DNA of 64,000 nt from Candidatus Enterousia sp. (lineage in GTDB: Bacteria > Pseudomonadota > Alphaproteobacteria > Rs-D84). The notes beneath the pieces were generated by a model that made no database searches, was not told where the DNA came from, and was given only the letters and a program-made list of their open reading frames with translations. Both the position numbers and the translations under genes were made by a program. Positions 27,781-37,387 of this stretch are shown piece by piece. Position 1 is the first letter of the stretch; the number at the start of each line of letters is the position of its first letter. The stretch covers positions 8,841 through 72,840 of the forward strand of contig JAZROY010000001.1 of the NCBI GenBank assembly GCA_045648925.1, written 5' to 3'.

Positions 27781-29970
27781 ATGATTGGCGAGAGAGAAAA
27801 TTTTGATTCACAAACACAATATGGTTCGCTGGTTATGCGCCCCTATGATATAGAAGGTAACGAAATCAGCGCTTTTTACGATTCGTCTGATAAATTGGTT
27901 TTTGTTTTGGATAATACAATCAGTTCTCGTAAACCTAATATTTTATTGGTAATTAATCCTGATGCAGATAAAAAGTGGGATGAAATATTGTCCGGCGATT
28001 ATGGTATTGATTTGGAAACGATTCGCCCAAAGCAAGATAATAAATATCAAAAATTTGATATCGAATATTCCGGGTTGGGTGTATACGATTCGCTGATAAA
28101 GGCATATGATGCAGGCGATTCGTTGGAAGAATCTTTAAACCAGTTGATGATTTTGCGTGATTCTGCGGCGCGACATAGTGCGATGACGCGTTTGAATATG
28201 GCAAATGAAGTAATCGCAAAAACAAACGCGACAATTGTAAAAACCAAGGAATCTATTGTCAGATTACAGGCGCGTCTTAAAACTTTGCGGGCTAAATTAG
28301 CAGAATCCAAGAAAGGCATTGGTCGTGAACCAACAAAACAATCTGCGTCCAAGATTTTAAAATTGGAATCTCAAATAGAAGCCACAAATGAAAAATTAAA
28401 ACGCGCAAATGAAAGATTAAAATCTGCCCAAAAGCGTTTAGAAACAGCAACTGTGGATGCCGAATTGGCAAGCCAATTATTAAACCAACCGGCTGGGGAA
28501 GTAAAACAAGTTGCTAAAAAACAAGTGATTCCAACAGTTGTTCCTGTTAAACAAAAATCTGTAACAAAGAAAAAACAGGCAGAACCAGAATACGATGAAT
28601 ATGAAGAAGAATACCAAGAAGATGTTGATATGAAAAATGATGCAAACAATGTTGTCAAACAAGAAGAAATTGAAGAAAAAACAGAACAAATAGAAGAAGA
28701 TTATAGCGATGAAGAAACTGAAAAAGTTGAACCTTTGTTTGATGAAGATCCACAAATATTGAATAACGATATCGCGTTTAAACCCATCAGTTTTGAACCA
28801 CCGGCTGTTCCTGAAATATCTAAATCTGACAATGTTCCGGTTGTAAATCAAGATGTGGTTGTGACAGAAGAAACAACAGAAACATTTACCCAAGAAGAAA
28901 AGGAAGATAATAATACAGATTACAAAACAAACCAAGACCAACAATCTGTGTTGGAATCTATGAAACCTATTCCTTTTGATGAAGATTTAAAACCTGTTCC
29001 TGTTGTTGATTTGTCTGAACCAGAAGAAATTGTCAAAGAAGAAATTATAGAAGAAAAACCAGAAACAAAAACAGAAGAAACAGATAAAAAAGAACCTTTG
29101 GAATTAGAAGTTGTCAAAGAAGATGTGCGGCAATATGAACCAGAAGTTGTTGAACGACCAACAGATACGGAAGAAAAAAATATATATGATGAATATCCGG
29201 TTGTGCCACCTGTCGCACCTGTTGCACCAGTGATACCACAAAGCCCTTCGAATATAAGTGTTGTTGATGATGTGGAACCAAAGCGGTCAAAATTCTTTTA
29301 TTATTTACTGTTGATTCTTTTGATTGTGTTGGCTGTGTTCACATTATGGTTATATCAAAAAAATGTGAAACCGTCGGTTCCTGTGTTGGCGGCATCTGTT
29401 GAAAAAACAGAATTACCAAAAGAACAAAATACTGTGTTTAAAAAAGGTAGTGGTTCGTCAAAGACAAGTAAAAATATCAAAGCGCCTGCGGTCAAAGAAG
29501 TAAAAAGAGGAATTGATATTGCTACCCCTTCTTTCCTGGATGAAGAACCTGTTGTTGAACCAATGCCAGAGCCAATAATAGAAGAAAAACCTACTGTCAA
29601 AGAAACAGTAGAAATTGTTGAACCTGTTGATGTCGCGCCACAGGTTATGGATGCTGTCCCTGCGCGCGTAACAACATCTGGTCAGCCCCAAGAAGATGAA
29701 AAAACTGGTTTGTCCGAAGAAGAGATTTTGGCCAATAAACCTGAATATCAACCAGGATCAAAATATGACGAAATGTTTGTTGCTGATGAAGGTGGCGAAA
29801 TAGTAAGTCCAATTAATGTTGAATATGTTGAAGATGATATTGTTTATATGCCACAAGAGCAAGAGATGCCAGAATATGTCGAAGAAAATGTCCAAATCCA
29901 AGACCCGTATTTTGACGAAGAAGAAGCGGCATACCAAGCTGAACAGGCAGGATTATATTATGAAGAATAA
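27781..29970 (+). CDS. Acidic coiled-coil single-pass membrane protein
   Basis: Coiled coil about aa 115-230, long Glu/Pro-rich tracts, TM FFYYLLLILLIVLAVFTLWLY. Confidence 0.75.
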   Translation: MIGERENFDSQTQYGSLVMRPYDIEGNEISAFYDSSDKLVFVLDNTISSRKPNILLVINPDADKKWDEILSGDYGIDLETIRPKQDNKYQKFDIEYSGLGVYDSLIKAYDAGDSLEESLNQLMILRDSAARHSAMTRLNMANEVIAKTNATIVKTKESIVRLQARLKTLRAKLAESKKGIGREPTKQSASKILKLESQIEATNEKLKRANERLKSAQKRLETATVDAELASQLLNQPAGEVKQVAKKQVIPTVVPVKQKSVTKKKQAEPEYDEYEEEYQEDVDMKNDANNVVKQEEIEEKTEQIEEDYSDEETEKVEPLFDEDPQILNNDIAFKPISFEPPAVPEISKSDNVPVVNQDVVVTEETTETFTQEEKEDNNTDYKTNQDQQSVLESMKPIPFDEDLKPVPVVDLSEPEEIVKEEIIEEKPETKTEETDKKEPLELEVVKEDVRQYEPEVVERPTDTEEKNIYDEYPVVPPVAPVAPVIPQSPSNISVVDDVEPKRSKFFYYLLLILLIVLAVFTLWLYQKNVKPSVPVLAASVEKTELPKEQNTVFKKGSGSSKTSKNIKAPAVKEVKRGIDIATPSFLDEEPVVEPMPEPIIEEKPTVKETVEIVEPVDVAPQVMDAVPARVTTSGQPQEDEKTGLSEEEILANKPEYQPGSKYDEMFVADEGGEIVSPINVEYVEDDIVYMPQEQEMPEYVEENVQIQDPYFDEEEAAYQAEQAGLYYEE

Positions 29971-29999
29971 AAAAAATCGCCCGATTGGGCGATTTTTTT
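29969..29999. terminator. Bidirectional intrinsic terminator
   Basis: aaaatcgccc-gatt-gggcgatttt. Confidence 0.85.
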
Positions 30000-30013
30000 G
30001 TCATGTTTTCTTT

Positions 30014-30388
30014 TTATTTTTCGATTATAACAACCGCGGCGGAATAGTCGTCTTGGTCAGTTATGGATAACATCACATGTGCGTTCGTTCCCGCTAATTC
30101 TTTTAATGCGTTTTTTGCGCCACCAGCAATCACCAATTCTGGGCGACCATTGTCGTCATGTGTGACAGATATATCCGAAAAAGAAATATCGTCACTGAAC
30201 CCGGTGCCAAGAGCTTTTAATGCCGCCTCTCTTGCAGCCCAAAAATTTGCCAGATGTTTTTCGCTGCGTGCATTGTCATCGTTTGCATATTCCAGTTCTT
30301 TTTTGGTGAAAATGCGCTGTTTTTTAAAAGCAGACCAGTCCAAAAATCTGTCGCTTTCGACCATATCAATTCCAATTCCTATTATCAT
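30014..30388 (-). CDS. acpS: Holo-ACP synthase
   Basis: GIGIDMVE, WAAREAALKALGTG, GRP. Confidence 0.93.
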   Translation of the reverse strand: MIIGIGIDMVESDRFLDWSAFKKQRIFTKKELEYANDDNARSEKHLANFWAAREAALKALGTGFSDDISFSDISVTHDDNGRPELVIAGGAKNALKELAGTNAHVMLSITDQDDYSAAVVIIEK

Positions 30389-30568
30389 TGAAACCTTCCT
30401 TTTGTTGTTTCTTTATGCGCATACTAGTAATATTTAACCGATTCGTGCAAGCAAAAAATATAATATAATAAAGTCGTGATTTTTTAGTTGTTTAAAATGG
30501 TTGATTTTTTGCCGTATTATGATAAAATTCATCCATAAATAAAAACACAAACAAAAGGAGAATGTGCC

Positions 30569-31453
30569 ATGTTTGATGAAAGAAAATTAAAAACATTCTC
30601 TTGGGTTAATGTTGGTAACCCTGATCACGAAGATTTCGAACGTTTATTAAATGAATATAAAATAGATGAAGATACTATATCTGATATTTTAGATCCTGAT
30701 GAACAGCCGCGTATCGAAATTGAAGATGATTACAAGGTTATAATTGTACGCTTTCCAATTGCTAATCGTGAAATGGATACAACATGGCATACCGAACCAT
30801 TATCAATAATTTATTCTAATAAACAGGTTATAACTGTTTGTCGCAAAAGATGCGATTTGCTGGATAAAATCAAAGACGATGAAATGAACAGTCGTGAAAC
30901 CTTTATTTTGAATATCATATATTATATTGCGGAATCTTATCTGCGCGCGTTAAAAGAATTAAATAAAAAAGTATTGGCATCTAAAAAAACATTACAAGAA
31001 CGCATTCGCAAGCAAGAATTAATGCAGTTGCTTGAGGTTGAAAATGCTTATACATTATATATGGCATCCCTAAAAGGTAATCTTACCGTTATGGATAAAA
31101 TTGATAAAATGCGTGGTTTTATCAAAGATGACGATAATCAAGAATTGGCAGAAGATACAAGAATCGAATTTAACCAGGCGATTGAGGTTGTAACCAGTTA
31201 CAGCAAGATGTTAAAGTCGATTAAGGAAACTTTTGAAAGTATCATTAATATTGATTCGAACACTTACATTAATCGTTTAACCATTTGGAACATTGTTTTG
31301 ATGGTGCCAAGTGTGATTGTTGGATATTATGGTATGAATATGGAATTGCCCTATGCCGGACATTCTCACACCGCAATCGTGATATTTATTGCGATAATGG
31401 TATTGTTGACCGGATACGGTTTATACACCATCGCCCGCAGACGCGTGTTTTGA
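30569..31453 (+). CDS. corA: CorA family Mg2+ transporter
   Basis: LDPDEQPRIE, two C-terminal TMs with YGMN. Confidence 0.9.
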   Translation: MFDERKLKTFSWVNVGNPDHEDFERLLNEYKIDEDTISDILDPDEQPRIEIEDDYKVIIVRFPIANREMDTTWHTEPLSIIYSNKQVITVCRKRCDLLDKIKDDEMNSRETFILNIIYYIAESYLRALKELNKKVLASKKTLQERIRKQELMQLLEVENAYTLYMASLKGNLTVMDKIDKMRGFIKDDDNQELAEDTRIEFNQAIEVVTSYSKMLKSIKETFESIINIDSNTYINRLTIWNIVLMVPSVIVGYYGMNMELPYAGHSHTAIVIFIAIMVLLTGYGLYTIARRRVF

Positions 31454-31531
31454 TTGATTGTAAAGAATACTTGACAATTTATATTTTTTGTATTACTTTT
31501 GGTTTAAACAATAAAACCAAAGGGGGTGGAC

Positions 31532-31846
31532 ATGAAAAAACAAAATATTAAAAATTTGTTTGTTAACGGTAAAAAAATTGCTTTTATGATTTTGTTGGCT
31601 ATATCTTTGAATGCTTGTGGTTCTAATAAGGAAGAAACTTGTGTTGATAATGGTAAAAATGTGGTTGAATCTAAAGAGCTTACTCCGAAAAGCCAATTAA
31701 AAACAGCCGGTGAAATATTGGCCTTTTTTGCTGTTATGATTGGAAGTTTGTGTATATTTGTCCCAGGTTATGCTAAAGATTATGAACGAAAAAAAGAAGC
31801 AATAAAAAAATACGCGGAAAGACAATCACAAAAAGAACAAAAATAA
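31532..31846 (+). CDS. Small putative lipoprotein/membrane protein
   Basis: Lipobox-like LNAC after hydrophobic stretch; second hydrophobic segment. Confidence 0.6.
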   Translation: MKKQNIKNLFVNGKKIAFMILLAISLNACGSNKEETCVDNGKNVVESKELTPKSQLKTAGEILAFFAVMIGSLCIFVPGYAKDYERKKEAIKKYAERQSQKEQK

Positions 31847-31874
31847 AAAAATCACCCTTGTGGGCGATTTTTTT
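31845..31874. terminator. Bidirectional intrinsic terminator
   Basis: aaaatcaccc-ttgt-gggcgatttt (one mismatch on +, G-U on -). Confidence 0.7.
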
Positions 31875-32430
31875 ATTGTATTTGTTGTTTTATAAAATTA
31901 AAATTTATATCTATATCATCGGTTGGTAATTTGATATCGTAAAATGTAACATTTGGTTGCTGGGAAAGCCACATTATTGCCGGCATAGTTGTTGATTTAA
32001 ACGCGGCAATTCGTTTCTGGACAGCGGCGGTATCATTGTCATCAGAACGGTTGCCCCCTTCCCTTATTCTTTTTTGAATATGTGCAATCATGGTTTCTTC
32101 AGTGATGTTTAAAAATATTATTTTAATATTAAATTTATCTGCATAATTTGCGACCAACCATTTGGCTTGACCGATTGTGCGTGGAAATCCATCAAGTATT
32201 AAATCTTTGTTGGTTTTAATATGTTCGGCGATAATAGGAAACAAATCTTCATCGCCCACCAATTCACCGCGTGTAATTTTTTTACATATTTCGGATTCTT
32301 TTGGCATGGTGCGTAAAATTGCCCCTGCTTCGACATAATTAAAATCGTGTTCTTTTAACAGTAGATTCGCAAAGGTTCCTTTACCCGAACCTTGACCGCC
32401 CATAAAAACAATCATATCTGGTTTTGTCAT
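31873..32430 (-). CDS. adk: Adenylate/nucleoside monophosphate kinase, short LID type
   Basis: GGQGSGKGT, GELVGD, LDGFPRT..QA, RSDD. Confidence 0.85.
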   Translation of the reverse strand: MTKPDMIVFMGGQGSGKGTFANLLLKEHDFNYVEAGAILRTMPKESEICKKITRGELVGDEDLFPIIAEHIKTNKDLILDGFPRTIGQAKWLVANYADKFNIKIIFLNITEETMIAHIQKRIREGGNRSDDNDTAAVQKRIAAFKSTTMPAIMWLSQQPNVTFYDIKLPTDDIDINFNFIKQQIQ

Positions 32431-32470
32431 TATAAATCCTTTTTTGTCCGCTTTATTGTATCACATAAAT

Positions 32471-32500
32471 AAAAAAATCCCACTAAAAAGTGGGATTTTT
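32471..32500 (-). terminator. rpsA terminator
   Basis: aaaatcccact-aaaa-agtgggatttt. Confidence 0.8.
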
Positions 32501-32518
32501 GAATAGAATCCAACAAAA

Positions 32519-34207
32519 TTATTTTTTGCTGTTTTCAATTGCAGCGCCCAAGATGTCGCCAAGGACAGAACCAGAATCTGCTTCGTTAGCAAATTCTTTG
32601 ACTGCCTGTTTTTCAAGAGTCACTTGCAAAGCGCGAACAGACAATTTTACATTGTTGCCGTCAACCGAAACAACAGATGCTTCGACAGAATCACCAACAT
32701 TGTATTTTGATGTATCTTGTTCGTTCTTTTCGCGCGATAAATCTGTTCTGCGGATTGTACCACGAACATCACCAGGCAAAGCCAAGATTAATTCATCAGG
32801 TGTTATTTCAGAAACTGTTCCGCAAACAACAGCGCCTTTTTTAAGGGTTGTGTTGTTGCTTTCTGCGTTTTCAGTCAACTGTTTAATACCCAATGTAATG
32901 CGTTCTTTTTCTGGATTGATGTCCAAAATTTTTGCTGTCACTTCTTGACCGCGAACGAATTTTTTCAATTCTTCTTCGTCCAGTTTATTCCAAGACAAAT
33001 CAGAAATGTGAATCATTCCGTCTAATTCTGGTGTCAAAGCGATAAACAGACCAAATTCAGTTGTGTTTTTAATTGGACCAGTGATAACATCGCCAACTTT
33101 GTGGTTTTCTGCAAATTCTTTCCATGGGTTTGGTTGTAATTGCTTGTACCCCAAAGAGATACGACGTTTTTCTTGGTCAATATCCAAAACAACAACATTG
33201 ATTTCTTGACCGTTTTGCAAGACCTTGCTTGGGTGAATATTTTTGTTTGTCCATGATAATTCAGACATATGGACCAAACCTTCGATATTGTTCCCCAGGT
33301 CAATGAACGCACCGTAATCTGTCAAAGAAGACACTTTGCCAGTCACTGTATCGCCAACATTAAATGCCTTGGATGCAGTTTCCCATGGATCTTCTTCTAA
33401 TTGTTTTGCACCCAATGAAATACGGTGAGATTCTGGGTCGAATTGGATAACTTTGACCTTAATCTTTTCGCCAACATGAACCAATTCACGTGGGTGATTG
33501 ATGCGTTTCCAAGATAAATCTGTGACATGCAACAAACCATCGATTCCGCCCAAATCAATAAACACACCGTAATCAGTAATGTTTTTGACTGTACCTTCAA
33601 GCACTGCACCCAACGAAATATTTTTCATTGCTTCTTTTTGTTGTGCAGCGATAGCATCGGCCTGGATAGCACGACGAGATACGATTGCATTTGTGCGCAA
33701 AGCATCCATCTTTAATACACGGAATTTGTCTTTCAAGCCGATTAAAGATTTGGCATCACGTACCGGTTTATGGTCAACCTGGCTGGATGGCATAAACGCA
33801 AACACACCATTGATATCAACAGTGTAACCACCACGAACAACATCGATAATAGTACCTTCTGGATCGATGCCTTCGGCAACAGTTTTTTCCAAATCTTTCC
33901 ATGCTTTTTCTGCACGTGCTTTGGTATAAGATAATACAGCTGTTCCTTCGCGGGATTCGTATCTTTCAACGAAAACATCAATGATGTCGCCAACGGATGG
34001 AACAGAAGCACCAAATTCTTTTAATGGGATGCGACCTTCGGATTTCAAGCCAACATCAACAAACGCGAAATCGCCACGGATGTCTTTGACTGTCCCTTTG
34101 GTAGCATAGCCCTGCAAAGTTTCTTGGGTGCCATAATTTTTATCAAACATCTGGACAAAATCTTCGCCAGATATTGGGTTAAATAAATCTTTGGATAAAT
34201 CTTTCAT
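32519..34207 (-). CDS. rpsA: 30S ribosomal protein S1
   Basis: Six S1 repeats (VKNITDYGVFIDLGGIDGLLHVTDLSW etc.); start ATG 34207 or TTG 34222. Confidence 0.97.
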   Translation of the reverse strand: MKDLSKDLFNPISGEDFVQMFDKNYGTQETLQGYATKGTVKDIRGDFAFVDVGLKSEGRIPLKEFGASVPSVGDIIDVFVERYESREGTAVLSYTKARAEKAWKDLEKTVAEGIDPEGTIIDVVRGGYTVDINGVFAFMPSSQVDHKPVRDAKSLIGLKDKFRVLKMDALRTNAIVSRRAIQADAIAAQQKEAMKNISLGAVLEGTVKNITDYGVFIDLGGIDGLLHVTDLSWKRINHPRELVHVGEKIKVKVIQFDPESHRISLGAKQLEEDPWETASKAFNVGDTVTGKVSSLTDYGAFIDLGNNIEGLVHMSELSWTNKNIHPSKVLQNGQEINVVVLDIDQEKRRISLGYKQLQPNPWKEFAENHKVGDVITGPIKNTTEFGLFIALTPELDGMIHISDLSWNKLDEEELKKFVRGQEVTAKILDINPEKERITLGIKQLTENAESNNTTLKKGAVVCGTVSEITPDELILALPGDVRGTIRRTDLSREKNEQDTSKYNVGDSVEASVVSVDGNNVKLSVRALQVTLEKQAVKEFANEADSGSVLGDILGAAIENSKK

Positions 34208-34339
34208 AAGAATTTTAAACAAAGTTTGCCGTCGTCATAATCTTTTGTAAAGACGAGGTCTTGTGGGGTTAATCGGATTGATTTGCGCGCCCACCCGCGA
34301 AATCTGGCACATTATATAGCGCTTTTTAAAGAAAATCAA
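34208..34339 (-). promoter_or_regulatory. rpsA promoter and SD-less GC-rich 5' leader
   Basis: TTGATT-17-TATAAT (34339-34311); about 95 nt leader without Shine-Dalgarno. Confidence 0.6.
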
Positions 34340-34351
34340 GAAAAAACAAAT

Positions 34352-34375
34352 AAAAAAACCGCCCGTTTGGGCGGT
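34352..34375 (-). terminator. Intrinsic terminator
   Basis: accgccc-aaac-gggcggttttttt on minus strand. Confidence 0.8.
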
Positions 34376-34380
34376 CGGGT

Positions 34381-35292
34381 TTATCTGCTAAGTTGCTTTT
34401 TTGCATCTGCAATAATAATTGAACGGGTTGTGTTGTATTCTGAAACAGCTGCATTTTGTTTCAAAACTTGTTTTTGTTTTGCGTTATTGATTTGTTTTTG
34501 CAATTCCAAATAATGGTTCTTTTTAGAAAGTTCACCCATATATTCATGGTAAATATCAAATGCCCCATGTCTTGGACGGTTCGTTTCGCCAGCGTGTGCA
34601 AAGGTGTGTTTAAAGCCAGGTTTTGTGATGCTGTTCAATTTGACACAAATGTCACGCAACTCTTTGATGACGTCTATTTGTTCCTTTGTGATATTGTTTG
34701 CGTATGGTGAAGAATCTTCAACAATATAGTTAGGGATGCTATGTTCTGGGGTTGTTGCATCAAGTATTTTAGCCATTTTCAATAACAATGATTCCATTTC
34801 TGGTCTGTTTTCTGGTTTTACAATGAAAATCTTATGTGGCGCTGCGTTGGTGTTTAAAACATAAGCAATACTGTTATATCTTTTAAAGACACCACGATAA
34901 CGTTTGGGCATGTTTGTATATGCCCCGTCGGATATATATGGGCGTTTGTCGCGCTTCTTAACAAGCTTAGTATCAGTTAATATTTCCCATGGATAATTAT
35001 GAAAATAACCAGACGAAGGCAGACATTTGTTTTGTATTTTACATGTTAAACGTTCAAAGTAATTCCAATAGAAATCTGTAAAGAACATACCATATATTAT
35101 CAATCGGTTATGTAGGTTTTCTCCTTCAAAAGTTTTACCAGTAGTGCACATAAATTTTTCTGGATTCCATGCTTCTGAAACAGAATATTCCAAATTCATA
35201 AGATCAGATAACAAAACATCAGGTCGTTGATTTAAAATACTAGTGTCTACTTTTTTTAATTTGTTGCTAAAATTTGTTAAAAAATTTCCCAT
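34381..35292 (-). CDS. Hypothetical protein, paralog of 35309-36226
   Basis: Shares MPKRYRGVF, QI..I..LRDI, RHGAFDIY.EY..EL..KN.Y. Confidence 0.8.
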   Translation of the reverse strand: MGNFLTNFSNKLKKVDTSILNQRPDVLLSDLMNLEYSVSEAWNPEKFMCTTGKTFEGENLHNRLIIYGMFFTDFYWNYFERLTCKIQNKCLPSSGYFHNYPWEILTDTKLVKKRDKRPYISDGAYTNMPKRYRGVFKRYNSIAYVLNTNAAPHKIFIVKPENRPEMESLLLKMAKILDATTPEHSIPNYIVEDSSPYANNITKEQIDVIKELRDICVKLNSITKPGFKHTFAHAGETNRPRHGAFDIYHEYMGELSKKNHYLELQKQINNAKQKQVLKQNAAVSEYNTTRSIIIADAKKQLSR

Positions 35293-35308
35293 AATACGTC
35301 CTTTTTTA

Positions 35309-36226
35309 TTATTTTGTGCGGTTTTTTAAGTTGGCGATAAGTTGTTTCCGTACATTGATATCATTTTGTTTTGCGTGGTCTATTAACACCAATATACCAG
35401 AACGGTTTTTTTCATCCGCTTGTTCAGCAAGATATTGCAAGCCAGTGTATTCTGCAATCGTGTTATTGATAGCGTTTTGGGCATTTGCGTAACGATTTTT
35501 TTGTGTCAATTCGTTCTGGTATTCATTGTAAATATCAAAGGCACCATGTCTTGTCATGCCGTCATATCTGTTGACTAAAATTTCTTTGACATAAATGTTT
35601 GTAATTCTATCTATGTGTAAGAATATATCACGTAATTTGTTAATAGTATTGATTTGGTTTTCGCTTACCAAACGTGAAGACAAAGAATATTTTTGAACAA
35701 AATCTGGTGCAGTAACTTTTTTAGCAATGCGTTTTTCTGACGCGTTAGTATTTAATTGCCATTTTGTTCTGTAAATTCTTGGAATCAGAATTCTGGCATA
35801 GTCCAATAATTCTTCCAATATTTGTTTATCAGATTTTCTTGTTGAAACAACTGGTCTTGCTTCGTCTTGGATGTGTAATACATAATGTTCATTGTCAAAT
35901 TGGGTAAAAACACCACGATAACGTTTTGGCATTTTGTTGTATTCTTCATTAGAAATTTTTGGAAAATCATTTGTTTGACTTGATAACACTTGTAATTGTT
36001 TGTCGTTTAGTTTTCTGTCCAAAAATTCTAAATATGTATCGAACATATTTTTAAAGAAAATTCCGTTTACCAAAACTTGATTCTGAGGATTTAATGTTTC
36101 GTACTTGTTTGGGCTGATTATGCTTTTTGTTTCGTTTAATGCTTTGTCTGCAATAAAAGCACAACTTTGAAGTTCCAGAATAAAATCTGTTGGGTTCATA
36201 TTATTTAATTTTGATGCATTTGACAT
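35309..36226 (-). CDS. Hypothetical protein, paralog of 34381-35292
   Basis: Same motifs; SD taagga. Confidence 0.8.
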   Translation of the reverse strand: MSNASKLNNMNPTDFILELQSCAFIADKALNETKSIISPNKYETLNPQNQVLVNGIFFKNMFDTYLEFLDRKLNDKQLQVLSSQTNDFPKISNEEYNKMPKRYRGVFTQFDNEHYVLHIQDEARPVVSTRKSDKQILEELLDYARILIPRIYRTKWQLNTNASEKRIAKKVTAPDFVQKYSLSSRLVSENQINTINKLRDIFLHIDRITNIYVKEILVNRYDGMTRHGAFDIYNEYQNELTQKNRYANAQNAINNTIAEYTGLQYLAEQADEKNRSGILVLIDHAKQNDINVRKQLIANLKNRTK

Positions 36227-36288
36227 TTTAAATCCTTATGTTTATAAATTGGGTTATGATTATAGAAAAAATATATGGAAAGTCAAAT

Positions 36289-36320
36289 AAAAAGCCCCGG
36301 TTTTTAAGGGGGGGGGCTTT
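36289..36320 (-). terminator. thyA terminator
   Basis: aaagcccc...ggggcttt stem with T tract on minus strand. Confidence 0.65.
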
Positions 36321-36325
36321 GATTA

Positions 36326-37282
36326 TTATCTGGCTACCTCGCCCTTAATAGCAGAATGGCAAATATAATCTTTTAAAACAAATCCACCGTCTGCAGACCA
36401 GTTCAGCAACCCGTTCCAGTTGTTGTCCGGAATTTCAACGCTTGGGAGTTTGTTTGGTTTGCGTGAAAGTTGCTCTTTGACCTGGGCAATATGATTTTCA
36501 TAAATATGAACATCGTGTAATTCGCCACGCAAGACACCAGGTTTATAACCTGTTTCTTTGGCATATAACATTAACAATAGCGCATAAGAAGCAATGTTAT
36601 ATGGGATACCCAAAAACATATCACAAGAACGTTGTGTCCATATTAAATTAAGTTTTCCATTATGAACCAAAATCTGGTGCATTATATGGCAAGGTGGCAA
36701 AGCCATTTTATATTGGTCCACTGGGTTCCATGCGCTTACAATAATACGGCGATTGTTTGGGTCTGTTTTGATTGTGTCGATTGCGTTTGCAACTTGGTCA
36801 ATTCCGCGATTTCTGGTATCAAAGTTTTCATCTGGAGTTTCCGGGTTCCAAACATATTTTCCGCCAAAATGACGCCATTGCCAACCATAAATAGGTCCCA
36901 AATCGCGTTCGTTGTTCATACATTCGTTTTGTAATTGTTGAACTTCTTCGTCTGTTAATCTTCTTTGCTTTTCGATTTGTAAATTTGCCCATTTTTGACG
37001 AAATATTGGTTTCCATTTAGGTGCGCTTGCCCATTCGTCCCAAATATGACATTTGCGGTCTTGAAGCCATTTTTTATCTGTATAACCTTTGATAAAAAAT
37101 TCCAATTCTGTGGCGATGTTTTTCAATCCCATTTTCTTGGTGGTCAATAACGGAAAACCAGTTTCCATATCGTGTTCAAAAGTTGCACCCCATGGAATAC
37201 GGATAGTTTTTATTCCTGTGCGATTATCAGAGATTGTGCCGTTTTCCAAACAGTTTTGTAATATATCGAGATATGCTTTCAT
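36326..37282 (-). CDS. thyA: Thymidylate synthase
   Basis: RTGI.T, FPLLTTKK, IWDEW, LGPIYGWQWR, ALPPCH, QRSCD..LG.P.N. Confidence 0.96.
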   Translation of the reverse strand: MKAYLDILQNCLENGTISDNRTGIKTIRIPWGATFEHDMETGFPLLTTKKMGLKNIATELEFFIKGYTDKKWLQDRKCHIWDEWASAPKWKPIFRQKWANLQIEKQRRLTDEEVQQLQNECMNNERDLGPIYGWQWRHFGGKYVWNPETPDENFDTRNRGIDQVANAIDTIKTDPNNRRIIVSAWNPVDQYKMALPPCHIMHQILVHNGKLNLIWTQRSCDMFLGIPYNIASYALLLMLYAKETGYKPGVLRGELHDVHIYENHIAQVKEQLSRKPNKLPSVEIPDNNWNGLLNWSADGGFVLKDYICHSAIKGEVAR

Positions 37283-37359
37283 AATTTTTTACCTTTTCTT
37301 CCTTCTGCATTCTCGCCGCCTCAGGCAAAATAGTATATAATATGAAGTTTTAAGTCAAT

Positions 37360-37385
37360 AAAAAACCGCCCTTTTCGGGCGGTTT
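37360..37385 (-). terminator. tig terminator
   Basis: aaaccgccc-tttc-gggcggttt. Confidence 0.8.
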
Positions 37386-37387
37386 AA

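Noticed and set aside
37283-37330. GC-rich thyA leader as riboswitch
   Set aside because: Too short and no recognisable aptamer consensus
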